A DNA stretch of 62,483 nucleotides, from positions 1,398 to 63,880 of the forward strand of contig VBDQ01000033.1 in NCBI GenBank assembly GCA_005889075.1, read 5' to 3'. The notes beneath the pieces are model-generated. The model did no database searches, had not been told where the DNA came from, and worked only from the letters and a program-made list of their open reading frames with translations. The first letter of the stretch is position 1. The number at the start of each line of letters is the position of its first letter. This document shows positions 48,098 to 57,627 of the stretch, piece by piece. The stretch is from Chloroflexota bacterium (GTDB lineage: Bacteria; Chloroflexota; Limnocylindria; P2-11E). The position numbers and the translations under genes were made by a program.

Positions 48098-49512
48098 GAG
48101 CGCGCCCCGAGCGCGAACTCGCGACAGCGGCTCGGCGTCGGGAAGATCTTGCCCGGATTGGCGAGGCCGGCGGGGTCGAAGGCGTCCTTCACTCGACGCA
48201 TGGCGGCGAGGTCGGCGCTGGTGAACTGGAGCGGCATGTAGCAGTTCTTTTCCATGCCGACGCCGTGCTCGCCGGTGAGCGAGCCACCAGCCTCTATGCA
48301 CGCCGTCAGGATCTCGAGGCCAGCTTCCTTTGCGCGCTCGAGGCCCTCGGGGCCTTTACGCGCGTCGAAGAGCAAAAGCGGGTGGAGATTCCCATCGCCG
48401 GCGTGGAAGACGTTCGCGACGCGCAATCCGTGACGTTCCCCCGCGGCCTTGACCAAGCGCAGGATATCGGGCAGCCGCGTCCGTGGAATGACGCCGTCTT
48501 GCACGTAGTAGTCCGGAGACAGACGGCCCATCGCCGCGAAGGCTCCCTTGCGTCCGGCCCACAAGCGCTCGCGTTCGATCGCGGTGGTCGCGAGACGGAT
48601 CGTCGTCGCTTGATGCGAGCGGCAGATCCGCTCGATCCGCGCAAGCTGCTCGTCGAGACCGTCGCGCGCGCCATCGACTTCGACGAGCAAGATGCCGCCG
48701 GCATCCAGTGGATAGCCCGCGTGGACGGCCGCCTCGACCGCCTCGGTCGCGAGCTGATCCATCATCTCGATCGCGCTTGGGACGATCCCGGCGGCGATGA
48801 TGGACGAGACGGTCTCCGAAGCCGCGTCCATGGTCGCGAAGGCGGCCATGAGGGTCCGCTTCTCTTCGGGCAACGGCGTGAGCTTGACGGTGATCTCGGT
48901 CACGATCCCGAGCGTCCCCTCGGAGCCGACGAACGTTCCAACGAGGTCATAGCCCTCGTCTTCGATCGCTTTGCCGCCAAGTCGCACGACGCTCCCGTCG
49001 GAGAGGACGATCTCAAGGCCGGTCACGTGATTGGTCGTGACCCCGTAGGCGAGCGTGTGCGGACCGCCCGAGTTTTCGGCGACGTTACCGCCGAGCGTGC
49101 ACGCCTTCTGACTCGAAGGGTCGGGCACGAAGTGGAGGCCATACGGAGCGGTGGCGGTCGACAGATGGAGATTGACGACACCTGGCTGGACGACCGCACG
49201 AAGGTTCTCGGGATCGATCTCCAGGATCCGCGCCATCCGGGCGAACGAGACCACGACGCCCCCCTCGACCGGGATCGCGCCTCCGGAGAGTCCGGTGCCC
49301 GCCCCGCGAGGGACGATCGGCACAGCGTGCTCGTGACAGAAACGCGCCAGAGCGCTGACGTCGGCCGTGGTCTCGGGAAGCGCGACCGCATCGGGGGTCG
49401 CCGTGTCGACGGCGCCGTCGTACTCATAGATCAGGAGCTCATCGTGCGTGCCGAGAACCTTGGCCGGGCCGAGAAGGTCGTGCAGCGCGCGCACGAGCGA
49501 CGCGCCGCGCAT
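48094..49512 (-). CDS. glcD: Glycolate oxidase FAD-linked subunit
   Basis: PRGAGTGLSGG, PDPSSQ, ENSGGPH, GSEGTLG, HAGDGNLHP, GEHGVG. Confidence 0.93.
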   Translation of the reverse strand: MRGASLVRALHDLLGPAKVLGTHDELLIYEYDGAVDTATPDAVALPETTADVSALARFCHEHAVPIVPRGAGTGLSGGAIPVEGGVVVSFARMARILEIDPENLRAVVQPGVVNLHLSTATAPYGLHFVPDPSSQKACTLGGNVAENSGGPHTLAYGVTTNHVTGLEIVLSDGSVVRLGGKAIEDEGYDLVGTFVGSEGTLGIVTEITVKLTPLPEEKRTLMAAFATMDAASETVSSIIAAGIVPSAIEMMDQLATEAVEAAVHAGYPLDAGGILLVEVDGARDGLDEQLARIERICRSHQATTIRLATTAIERERLWAGRKGAFAAMGRLSPDYYVQDGVIPRTRLPDILRLVKAAGERHGLRVANVFHAGDGNLHPLLLFDARKGPEGLERAKEAGLEILTACIEAGGSLTGEHGVGMEKNCYMPLQFTSADLAAMRRVKDAFDPAGLANPGKIFPTPSRCREFALGARS

Positions 49513-49538
49513 GCCCGCGCGGACTGCTGCTGGTTTCG

Positions 49539-50354
49539 CTATGACGCCGCTCCGGCCTGGTCGCGGAGAGCTTCCGCGAGGTCCGCGGCGGTGCGGCGCA
49601 GGGCGGGCGCCAGCTCGCCGCAGCGCTGCCGCGAAAGCCGGCTAGCCGGAGCGGAGATCGAGAGCGCCGCGATAGGCGCGCCGACGGCGCTTCCGCGGGC
49701 GGGAACGACCGCGACCGCGACGCAGCGAACGCCCTCGTCGTATTCCTCGTCATCGATCGCGTACCCGCGTTCGCGGATATCGTCGAGCGTCCGGCGCAGC
49801 GCTGCACGATCGACGATCGTGTGCGGCGTATAGGCCCGAAGCTCGACGCGTTCGAGCAGCGCGTCGCGGCGGGGCGGCGGAAGCGCGGCCAGGAGCGCCT
49901 TGCCGGCGCCCGTCGCATGGAGCGGCGTGCGATTACCCACAGTCGTGAACAGGCGGACAACCTGCGGGGAGGGGATCGTCTCGATGTACACGGCCTGCAC
50001 GTCGTCGAGCACCACGAGGTTCGCGGTCTCGCGGGTCGCCTCCGTCAGTGCGCGTAACAGCGGACGGGCACGCAGGCGCAGCTCGCCGAATCGCGATCGA
50101 CCTTCCGTGAGCGTCGCGAGCTTCGCCCCCGCGTAGTAGCGGCTGGTGTCGGGATTCTGGCGAACGTATCCGCGCTTGAGCAGCGTCGCGAGGAGACGAT
50201 GCACGGTGCTGACGTGAAGACCGGTGCGCGTGGCCAGGGCGGTGATGGCGACCTCGCCATCAGCCGTCGCGAGCGCCTCGAGCAGGTCCAAGGCGCGATC
50301 GACGGACTGCACCGAACGCCGGGCTCGCTTGGGCGCCGACGTCGTCTCTTTCAC
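49539..50354 (-). CDS. IclR-family transcriptional regulator
   Basis: VQSVDRAL, STVHRLLATL, PLHATGAGKALL, GYAIDDEE...GVRCVA. TATGCT -10 and AGGAGG SD upstream. Confidence 0.93.
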   Translation of the reverse strand: MKETTSAPKRARRSVQSVDRALDLLEALATADGEVAITALATRTGLHVSTVHRLLATLLKRGYVRQNPDTSRYYAGAKLATLTEGRSRFGELRLRARPLLRALTEATRETANLVVLDDVQAVYIETIPSPQVVRLFTTVGNRTPLHATGAGKALLAALPPPRRDALLERVELRAYTPHTIVDRAALRRTLDDIRERGYAIDDEEYDEGVRCVAVAVVPARGSAVGAPIAALSISAPASRLSRQRCGELAPALRRTAADLAEALRDQAGAAS

Positions 50355-50418
50355 CGCGCGGAAGCCCTCCTCTGCGTAGCGAAAGCATAGCCCGCAGGCC
50401 CTCGCGATACTCGAAACG

Positions 50419-52326
50419 ATGGACCGCTCTTCGCGACGCGCCGCACTCGAGGACCAGGCGGCGTCGTTTCCAGCGAATCCTGGCGTCTACCTATTCAAAG
50501 ACGCCAAGGGGCGGGTCCTCTATGTCGGAAAAGCGGACCTTCTGCGTGACCGGGTCCGCGCCTATTTCGGGCCAAGCCTCGACGTTCGCCACGTCCGCAT
50601 GGTCGAGCGCGCGGAGCGCCTGGAGTATGTGCTGACCGACAGCGTCTCCGAGGCGTTTCTGCTCGAGGCAAACCTCATCAAGCAGCACCATCCCCGTTAC
50701 AACATCCGGCTCAAAGACGACAAGTCGTATCCATACGTGAAGGTGACGCTTGACGAGGACTTTCCACGGGTCCTCCGCACCCGGGCGCTCGGCGATCGCA
50801 CGGCGCGCTACTTCGGACCCTTCGCGAACGCCAAGTCGGTCGACCAATCGCTCGACCTGCTTCAGAAGCTTTTTCCGTATCGCACGTGCAAGCTGACGAT
50901 CCTCGCCGGCGAGGACGGTCGCGGGCGCACCGTGCCGCCTTCGGCGCTTCCCGGCGGGCGCCCCTGCCTCCTTTTCCACCTCAAACGGTGCACCGCGCCG
51001 TGCGTAGGGAACACGACGCGCGACGAGTACCGCACGACGGTAGAAAAGAGCGTCCTCTTCCTCGAAGGCCGCTACGAACACCTCGCCCGCGACACGCGGA
51101 AGGAGATGCAGCAAGCATCCGATGCGCTCGCGTACGAACGCGCCGCGAGCCTGCGCGATCGCCTGGTGGCCATCGAGCGGACGCTCGACCGACAGGAGGT
51201 ACATGCGTACAAGGGCGACGACTTCGACGTCCTCGCCGCCGCGGTCGATGAAGGGGATGCGGTCGTGCAGGTCTTTCGCGTCCGCGACGGCACGATCGTG
51301 AGCCGCGATCACTTCGCCCTCGAAGGGTCCGAGGGCGCGGGCGTGCCTGAGGTCCTCGCTTCGTTCCTCAAGCAGCACTACGCGATCGCGGCAGCGGTCC
51401 CGCCAGAGATCGTCATACCGGCCGCTGTCCCCGACGAGGCCGCGTTCGTCGCGTTCGCGACAGAGCGCCGGCAAGGCCCGGTGCACATCCTGGTTCCCCA
51501 GCGCGGCAAGAAGCGACATCTCGCCGAGCTTGCGGAGCGCAACGCGAAGGACGCCCTCGAGCAGGAGCGCGTCCGCTGGCTCGCGGACCGCGGCAAGACC
51601 GAGACCGCCCTGCGCGAGCTTGCCGAGGGGCTCGGCCTCGAGGCGCCGCCCAAGCGCATCGAGTGCTACGACGTGAGCCACGTGCAGGGCACGAGCGTCG
51701 TGAGCTCGATGGTCGTGTTCGAAGACGGCCGGCCCGCAAAGCACGCGTACCGGCGCTTCCGCGCACGCATCACCGATCGCAACGACGATTTCACCAACAT
51801 GCGCGAAACATTGAAGAGACGATTTGCGCGTTCCTTCGTCCGCTCGGCCCCGGCTGCGCCGGCGCCGAGCGAGCCCCAGTCAGAGGCTGCGTGGCCTATT
51901 CCCGATCTCGTGATCCTCGATGGCGGCAAGGGACAGCTCTCGGCCGGACAGGCCGCGCTGTCCGACGCGGGTCTGCTGCAGATCCCGATGGCGGCGCTCG
52001 CGAAGGAGCGCGAAGAGCTCTTTGTCCCGAGCCGCGCGGACCCGATCGTGCTTCCGCGGACTTCGCAGGGTCTCTACCTGGTTCAGCGCATCCGCGACGA
52101 GGCCCATCGCTTCGCGGTCACCTACCACCAGAAGGTGCGCGGGAAGCGCGCCACGCGGAGCGTGCTCGACGACGTCGACGGCGTCGGACCGGCACGGAAG
52201 CGAGCTCTATTGCGGCGTTTTGGAAGCGTCCGGGCGATGCGCGAGGCACCGGTCGCCGACCTTGCCGCGGTGTCCGGTGTCGGCTCCGCCCTCGCGGAGC
52301 GCATCAAGCAGGCGATCGAAACCTAG
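50419..52326 (+). CDS. uvrC: Excinuclease ABC subunit C
   Basis: PGVYLFKD...YVGKA GIY-YIG, DDKSYPY, DGGKGQL, RDEAHRFA, HhH. Confidence 0.97.
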   Translation: MDRSSRRAALEDQAASFPANPGVYLFKDAKGRVLYVGKADLLRDRVRAYFGPSLDVRHVRMVERAERLEYVLTDSVSEAFLLEANLIKQHHPRYNIRLKDDKSYPYVKVTLDEDFPRVLRTRALGDRTARYFGPFANAKSVDQSLDLLQKLFPYRTCKLTILAGEDGRGRTVPPSALPGGRPCLLFHLKRCTAPCVGNTTRDEYRTTVEKSVLFLEGRYEHLARDTRKEMQQASDALAYERAASLRDRLVAIERTLDRQEVHAYKGDDFDVLAAAVDEGDAVVQVFRVRDGTIVSRDHFALEGSEGAGVPEVLASFLKQHYAIAAAVPPEIVIPAAVPDEAAFVAFATERRQGPVHILVPQRGKKRHLAELAERNAKDALEQERVRWLADRGKTETALRELAEGLGLEAPPKRIECYDVSHVQGTSVVSSMVVFEDGRPAKHAYRRFRARITDRNDDFTNMRETLKRRFARSFVRSAPAAPAPSEPQSEAAWPIPDLVILDGGKGQLSAGQAALSDAGLLQIPMAALAKEREELFVPSRADPIVLPRTSQGLYLVQRIRDEAHRFAVTYHQKVRGKRATRSVLDDVDGVGPARKRALLRRFGSVRAMREAPVADLAAVSGVGSALAERIKQAIET

Positions 52327-52331
52327 ACCGA

Positions 52332-52369
52332 CCTCACCGTTTCGCAAACTCAGCTACATATCGGTGAGG
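52332..52369. other. Inverted repeat after uvrC (terminator or operator)
   Basis: CCTCACCG 52332-52339 / CGGTGAGG 52362-52369 with an AT-rich spacer. Confidence 0.4.
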
Positions 52370-52374
52370 AGCGC

Positions 52375-52404
52375 TTGACAATCGATGAGCCAGGCGCGCA
52401 TCTT
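52375..52404 (+). promoter_or_regulatory. Sigma70-type promoter for the DUF2089 operon
   Basis: TTGACA 52375-52380, 18 bp, CATCTT 52399-52404, 7 nt before ATG 52412. Confidence 0.55.
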
Positions 52405-52411
52405 CGGTGGG

Positions 52412-52795
52412 ATGCCAAATCCGGTGATCGCGCGGTGCCCGATATGCGCCGAAGCGCTCACCGTGGCGCGCCTCGAGTGCCTGTCCTGCGGGACGCGTCT
52501 CGAGGGCTCGTTCGCCCTTGGTCGCTTTCACCAGCTAGCCAACGAGCAGCTTGAATTCCTCGAGACCTTTATCAAGGCGCGCGGGAACTTCAAGGACGTC
52601 GAGCGAGAGCTCGGGATCAGCTACCCGACGGTCCGTTCCCGACTCGACGCGGTGATCCGCGCGCTTGGATTCCCGTCGCAGGCCGAGCCCGATCGCGAGG
52701 CCGAGCGCCGCAAGGAGATACTGCGCGAGCTCGCGGAAGGCCGGATCGCACCCGATGATGCGGCGTCGCTCCTCGAGCGGGAGCCAGCCTCATGA
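52412..52795 (+). CDS. DUF2089 family protein (Zn ribbon + HTH + SHOCT-like tail)
   Basis: CPIC...CLSC, GNFKDVERELGISYPTVRSRLD, EILRELAEGRI. Confidence 0.88.
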   Translation: MPNPVIARCPICAEALTVARLECLSCGTRLEGSFALGRFHQLANEQLEFLETFIKARGNFKDVERELGISYPTVRSRLDAVIRALGFPSQAEPDREAERRKEILRELAEGRIAPDDAASLLEREPAS

Positions 52796-54138
52796 GCTTC
52801 GATCCGATCGAGGACCAGCGTGGACGCGACGAAGAGGCTCGTCGCGAGGCAGAGCGCGAGCGCGAACGCGCGCTGCGCGAGGCGGAGCGGGACCGAGAGC
52901 GCGCGCAACGCGATGCCGAGCGAGAACGCGAACGTGGCGATCGCGAGCGCGACCGGGAGCAACGGCGCGAGGAGCGCCGGGAGCGCCACCAGGAGCGTCA
53001 CCAGATGCGCTTCGGCAAACGTGGATTCTCGGTGGACGTGGACGTCGATCCGGATGAGATCGCGCGCTCGATCAGCTCGGCGTTCGTCGGGATGGATGAG
53101 GACACCGACGGGGAGACGTATGACGACACGGTCGAGAAGGTCTTCACCGTCGACGGCATGCCCCGATTGCGCGTGCGCAACGTCTCGGGGGAGACGGCGA
53201 TCCGTGTCGGCGACGTGGGGCAGGTTCGCGTGCTCGCTCGGAAGCGCGTGCGCGGGGGCAGCCCCGATCGGGCGAAACGGTTGCTCGAGAACGTCGAGCT
53301 TCGGATCGAGCAGCGCGGGAACGACATCTACGTCGAACCACACCTCTACGAGCAGGAACGAAGCTGGCTCGACCTTTTCCGGGGAAAGCGCTTCCGCGTG
53401 GACTTCGAGATCACGGTCCCGCGCGAGTGCGCAGTCGACGCGCAGACGGTGAGCGGCGATCTCGATGTCCAGGGGACGCGCGGCCCGGCGCGGGTCGAGA
53501 GCGTCTCCGGAGATGTCAACATCGCCGATCTCCAGGGACCGATGCGGATCAAGAGCGTCAGCGGCGACGTCCAGTGCAGCGATTACGTCGGGATGCTCGA
53601 GGGCAGCTCGGTGAGTGGCGATGTGGACGTGCACGGACGGGTCCGCGGCGTCGAGCTGCACACCGTGAGCGGCGACATCTCGATCGACATGGAGCCCGGC
53701 GCGAGCCCCCGCGAGAACCGCCTCAAGACCATCAGCGGCGACGTCGAGGTCGGCCTGATCGGATCGTCCTGCACCTGCGACTTCCACACCGCGAGCGGCG
53801 ACCTCGAGTGCGACGCGCCCGCGCGGATCATCCGCGAGGGGCGCAAGGACCGGACCGTCGTTCTCGGCGACGGACGCGGGCGCCTGCACGTCAAGACCGT
53901 GAGCGGCGATCTGACCATCAAGGAAGCGTCCTCCTCCGTCGCGGCCGAGCCCGCCGCCTCCGTGGAGCGGGAGAGCACCGCCGAGTCCGAGCCAGCCGCA
54001 GCCGAGGACCTCGAGCGGACCGAACCGATGGCGCCGCCGGTCACCGCTCGCGTGCGCGATCTACTGGAGCGTGTCGCCCGAGGCGAACTGGGCGTCGACG
54101 AGGCCGCCGCGAAGCTCGACGAGACCCGTCGGAGCTGA
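52792..54138 (+). CDS. DUF4097 beta-strand-repeat protein with charged N-terminal coiled coil
   Basis: Repeated (T/S)VSGD(L/V/I) motifs, ER-rich N-terminus, SHOCT-like C-terminus. Confidence 0.85.
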   Translation: MSFDPIEDQRGRDEEARREAERERERALREAERDRERAQRDAERERERGDRERDREQRREERRERHQERHQMRFGKRGFSVDVDVDPDEIARSISSAFVGMDEDTDGETYDDTVEKVFTVDGMPRLRVRNVSGETAIRVGDVGQVRVLARKRVRGGSPDRAKRLLENVELRIEQRGNDIYVEPHLYEQERSWLDLFRGKRFRVDFEITVPRECAVDAQTVSGDLDVQGTRGPARVESVSGDVNIADLQGPMRIKSVSGDVQCSDYVGMLEGSSVSGDVDVHGRVRGVELHTVSGDISIDMEPGASPRENRLKTISGDVEVGLIGSSCTCDFHTASGDLECDAPARIIREGRKDRTVVLGDGRGRLHVKTVSGDLTIKEASSSVAAEPAASVERESTAESEPAAAEDLERTEPMAPPVTARVRDLLERVARGELGVDEAAAKLDETRRS

Positions 54139-54144
54139 TCGAGC

Positions 54145-54549
54145 GTGCCAAGCGAAGAGGGCAAGCAGATCCTGAAGCTGCTCGCCGACGGGAAGATCGA
54201 CACGGAGCAGGCGTACCGGTTGCTGCGCGCGCTGGGCGACATCGACGAGGGCCCGCGCCGGCATCCGGGCTCGCCGCCGGGCGTGCCTCCACCGCCGCCC
54301 GGCCCCGGTGGCCGCGGCCGGATCCTGCGGATTCGCGTCACCGAAGATGGCGAGCAGAAGGTGAACGTCGCGATTCCTCTCGCCATTGCGCGGATCGGCA
54401 AGATGAAGCTCGCGTCGAGTGGACTCGTGCGCGGGCATCTCGGGAAATTCGGCATCGACCTCGACGAGCTGCTCCGGAACATCGACTTTCCCGGCAAGGT
54501 CGTCGATATCGCCGACGATGAGGACCGGGTAGAGATCTTCGTGGAATGA
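54145..54549 (+). CDS. SHOCT-like (YvlB/LiaX N-terminal type) protein
   Basis: ILKLLADGKIDTEQAYRLLRAL, LRIRVT...KVNVAIPL, DRVEIFVE. Confidence 0.8.
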   Translation: MPSEEGKQILKLLADGKIDTEQAYRLLRALGDIDEGPRRHPGSPPGVPPPPPGPGGRGRILRIRVTEDGEQKVNVAIPLAIARIGKMKLASSGLVRGHLGKFGIDLDELLRNIDFPGKVVDIADDEDRVEIFVE

Positions 54550-55556
54550 CGGCGCCCGCCGTCGAGACGAAAAACCTCGTCAAGGTCTTCGAGAAGGGAC
54601 GGCGCACGATCTGGCAGCGCCTCCGGCGCGAGCCCGACCGCCGCGAGCGCTTCCGTGCCGTAGACGGCATTGATCTTCGCGTCGAGAGCGGCGAGATCTT
54701 CGGCCTCCTGGGGCCGAACGGCGCCGGCAAGACCACCACCATGAAGATGCTCGCGACGCTGCTCATCCCGACGAGCGGAACGATCCGCGTCCTTGGTATC
54801 GACCCGCTCGAGCGGCCGCGCGAGGTACGCGCGCGGCTCGGCGCGATGCTATCTGGCGAGCGCAGCCTGTACTGGAAGCTCACTGCGCGGGAGAACCTCG
54901 AGTACTTCGCCGCCCTCTATCACGTGCCGCCCACCGAGACTGACCAGCGGATCGCCGGGGTTCTGACTGCTGTGAAGCTCACCGATCGCGCCGAGGATTA
55001 TGTCGAGCGCTACTCGACCGGCATGCGGCAACGGCTCGCGCTCGCACGGGCCCTTCTTCCGGACCCGCCGCTCATCATCCTGGACGAGCCCACGGTCGGC
55101 CTGGATCCGCAGGCATCGCGCGACCTGCGCGACCGCGTCCGCGAGCTGCGCGCGCAAGGCCGCACCGTCCTGCTGACGACGCACTACATGGAGGAAGCCG
55201 ATCAGCTCTGCGACCGCGTAGCGATCATCGACCACGGCCGGATCGTCGCGCTCGACACGCCGGCTGCGCTGAAGCGCACGATCCGCGCGGAAGAGGTCGT
55301 GCACCTGGAGATCGGCGTTGTCGGCGACGACGCGCCGATGCTTGACCGCCTCGGCCGCAGCGCCACGCTCGCGCGGAGCGAGCGCCGCAACGGGACGCTG
55401 AGCGTGACGGCGCACTGCGCATCCGCGCGCGACTTCGTTCCGGCGGCGTTCGACGCGGCCCGCTCGAACGGCGCGACTATCCGCCACGTCGAAGTCGTGC
55501 CGGTCACGCTCGAGGACGTGTTCCTCGCCCTCACCGGCCGACAGCTCCGCGAATGA
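54546..55556 (+). CDS. ABC-2 exporter ATP-binding protein
   Basis: GPNGAGKTT, YSTGMRQR, LDEPT, TTHYMEEA, TLEDVFL. Confidence 0.93.
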   Translation: MTAPAVETKNLVKVFEKGRRTIWQRLRREPDRRERFRAVDGIDLRVESGEIFGLLGPNGAGKTTTMKMLATLLIPTSGTIRVLGIDPLERPREVRARLGAMLSGERSLYWKLTARENLEYFAALYHVPPTETDQRIAGVLTAVKLTDRAEDYVERYSTGMRQRLALARALLPDPPLIILDEPTVGLDPQASRDLRDRVRELRAQGRTVLLTTHYMEEADQLCDRVAIIDHGRIVALDTPAALKRTIRAEEVVHLEIGVVGDDAPMLDRLGRSATLARSERRNGTLSVTAHCASARDFVPAAFDAARSNGATIRHVEVVPVTLEDVFLALTGRQLRE

Positions 55557-56392
55557 CGCGCATCGCGGCCGATGCCCGCGCATTCATTGCCGCCGCGCGC
55601 ACCCACCTGCGACAGCAGCGCCGCTACCCGACGTACTTCCTCGGCCTGCTGTTCTGGCCGGTCCTGCTGCCCTCGGCGTGGGTGCTCATGGGGCGCGCGT
55701 ACTCCGGCAACGACCCCGGCGCCCTCGCGGCATTCGCCGCTCGCGCCGGCAGCGAGAACGTGACGGTCTTCGTCTTCGTGGGCTACGCGATGTACATGTG
55801 GCTCTCGTCGCTCCTCTGGGGTCCGGGGACGATCCTTCGGCAGGAGCAAGTCCGCGGGACGCTCGAGGCCGTCTTCCTGACGCCGGCATCGCGGATCGTC
55901 CCGCTCTTCGCGCCTGGCGTGACGGTGCTGATCCCGATGTCGCTGAGCTTTCTGGTCATGGGCGGAGCGCTGTGGCTCTTCTTCGGCATCGTGCCGCCGG
56001 TCGCCGCGATCCTCCGGGCAGCGGTCATCGTCGTCCTCGGCGTCCCAGCCCTCTACGCGATCGGCTCGCTCTTCTCGGCGGCGGTCCTTCGCTTTGGCGA
56101 GATCGGTCCGATCGTGCAGCTCGTCCGAGGCGTCTTCGTGCTCGCCTGCGGGATCACGTTCCCCGTCGCGATGCTCCCGATCTGGGCGCAGGTCGGCGCC
56201 TGGATCCTGCCGCCGACCTACATCGTGGACGACATCAGGCGAGTGCTCCTTCGCGGCGCGGGCCTCGGCGAGCTGTGGCCGAACCTTCTTACCGTCGTGC
56301 TCATCGCCGCCGTCACCGCGATGCTCGCCGTGCTCGTGTTCCGCTATCTCGAGGCGAGCGCACGGCGGAGCGGCATGTTGGGGCGGTTCTAG
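55553..56392 (+). CDS. ABC-2 permease
   Basis: About 6 TM, EQVRGTLE, GITFPV..LP. Confidence 0.88.
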   Translation: MTRIAADARAFIAAARTHLRQQRRYPTYFLGLLFWPVLLPSAWVLMGRAYSGNDPGALAAFAARAGSENVTVFVFVGYAMYMWLSSLLWGPGTILRQEQVRGTLEAVFLTPASRIVPLFAPGVTVLIPMSLSFLVMGGALWLFFGIVPPVAAILRAAVIVVLGVPALYAIGSLFSAAVLRFGEIGPIVQLVRGVFVLACGITFPVAMLPIWAQVGAWILPPTYIVDDIRRVLLRGAGLGELWPNLLTVVLIAAVTAMLAVLVFRYLEASARRSGMLGRF

Positions 56393-57213
56393 TGGACGAG
56401 CTTCGTGCGGCAATCGCGATCGCGCGCAAGGACCTCCGCTCGTTACTGCGCTATCGGATCGCGGTCGCTTCGTACGTGTTCACGCCGCTCTACCAGTTCA
56501 TCATTCCCGCGTTCCTGTTCGGCAGCGCGTTCGCGGTGAACGGCCATGCCAGCGGGCTCGCCACGACGCTTGGCACGGACGACCTCGCGGGGTTCATTTT
56601 CTTCGGCGGGATCATCGGGGCGATCATCTCGACGGCGTTCTGGGGCATGGCGATGTCGATCCGAAACGAGATGGACATGGGGACGCTCGAGCCTTCGTGG
56701 CTCACCCCGACGAGCCACGCCACGTTCATCATCGGGCGGGCTCTCGGCGGGCTGACCATCTTCGTGGCCATGCAGCTCGTGTTGTTTGCCTTCGGGATCG
56801 TGTTCCTCGGCCTGCGCCTCCGCGCGGAGATGATCTTCGCGCTGCCGGCCGTGATCCTCGCGATGGGCGCGATGGTCGGTGTCGCATACATGCTCGCCGC
56901 GATCGTGCTCCTGATCCGCGAGGCGAACTTCTTCATCGATACCGCGAACTTCGCGTTCGGGACGATCACCGGCGTGTCGTTCCCGATCACGCTGCTTCCA
57001 GGGATCCTGCAGCCCGTCGCCCTGATCCTGCCGACCACCTACGCGGTCGACATCCTTCGCGCGCAGGCTCTCGGCTCACGGCCTCTGTTCGACATGCGTC
57101 TCGAGTACGCGGTGCTCGTCCTCTTGACCGCGCTGCTCTTTCCGCTCGGCCGGTACGCGTTCGCGAAGGCGGAGCTCTTGATGCGCCGCCGCGGGATGCT
57201 CGCGCAGTACTGA
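56392..57213 (+). CDS. ABC-2 permease
   Basis: GTG 56392; EMDMGTLE, GVSFPI..LP, PTTYAVD. Confidence 0.88.
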   Translation: MDELRAAIAIARKDLRSLLRYRIAVASYVFTPLYQFIIPAFLFGSAFAVNGHASGLATTLGTDDLAGFIFFGGIIGAIISTAFWGMAMSIRNEMDMGTLEPSWLTPTSHATFIIGRALGGLTIFVAMQLVLFAFGIVFLGLRLRAEMIFALPAVILAMGAMVGVAYMLAAIVLLIREANFFIDTANFAFGTITGVSFPITLLPGILQPVALILPTTYAVDILRAQALGSRPLFDMRLEYAVLVLLTALLFPLGRYAFAKAELLMRRRGMLAQY

Positions 57214-57237
57214 GCGCTCTCTAGTAGCCTTCCGCCG

Positions 57238-57627
57238 GTGCGGATCATCTGGCGCGCCCTGATCAATGCGATCGCCATCTTCGTGGCCGCGTACGTGGTG
57301 AACAACTCGCTGGGACCTTCCTCCATCACGTACGGTCACGTCGACTACGGCTTCGGCGACTACAACCAGTGGATCTCGCTCCTCGGGACCGGGCTCGTGC
57401 TCGGCATCGTCAACGCGTTCGTCCGGCCGATCATCGAGCTCGTCTCCGCACCGATCACCTGCCTGACGCTCGGGCTTTTCCACTTCGTCATCAGCGCGGT
57501 GATGCTGCTGCTCGTCGCGGCGATCCCTTTCCTCGGGTTCCAGGTGTCGGGGATCATCGCCGCATTCCTCGGCGCGATCGTGATGGCGATCGTCGGCCTC
57601 GTGCTCTCGTGGATCCTGCCCGACTGA
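57238..57627 (+). CDS. YvlD/DUF360 (phage-holin-4 family) membrane protein
   Basis: LGIVNAFVRPI...PITCLTLGLF signature. Confidence 0.85.
   Translation: MRIIWRALINAIAIFVAAYVVNNSLGPSSITYGHVDYGFGDYNQWISLLGTGLVLGIVNAFVRPIIELVSAPITCLTLGLFHFVISAVMLLLVAAIPFLGFQVSGIIAAFLGAIVMAIVGLVLSWILPD

Noticed and set aside
49534-50384. TTTCGCTA/TAGCGAAA half-sites at both ends of iclR as operators
   Set aside because: Only 8 bp, one copy includes the stop codon, and no clear palindrome.
52825-53000. GAGCGC-rich low-complexity tract
   Set aside because: Encodes an E/R-rich helix, not a DNA-level element.
57238-57627. Prophage implied by the holin-family gene
   Set aside because: The YvlD/DUF360 family is commonly chromosomal; no phage genes nearby.
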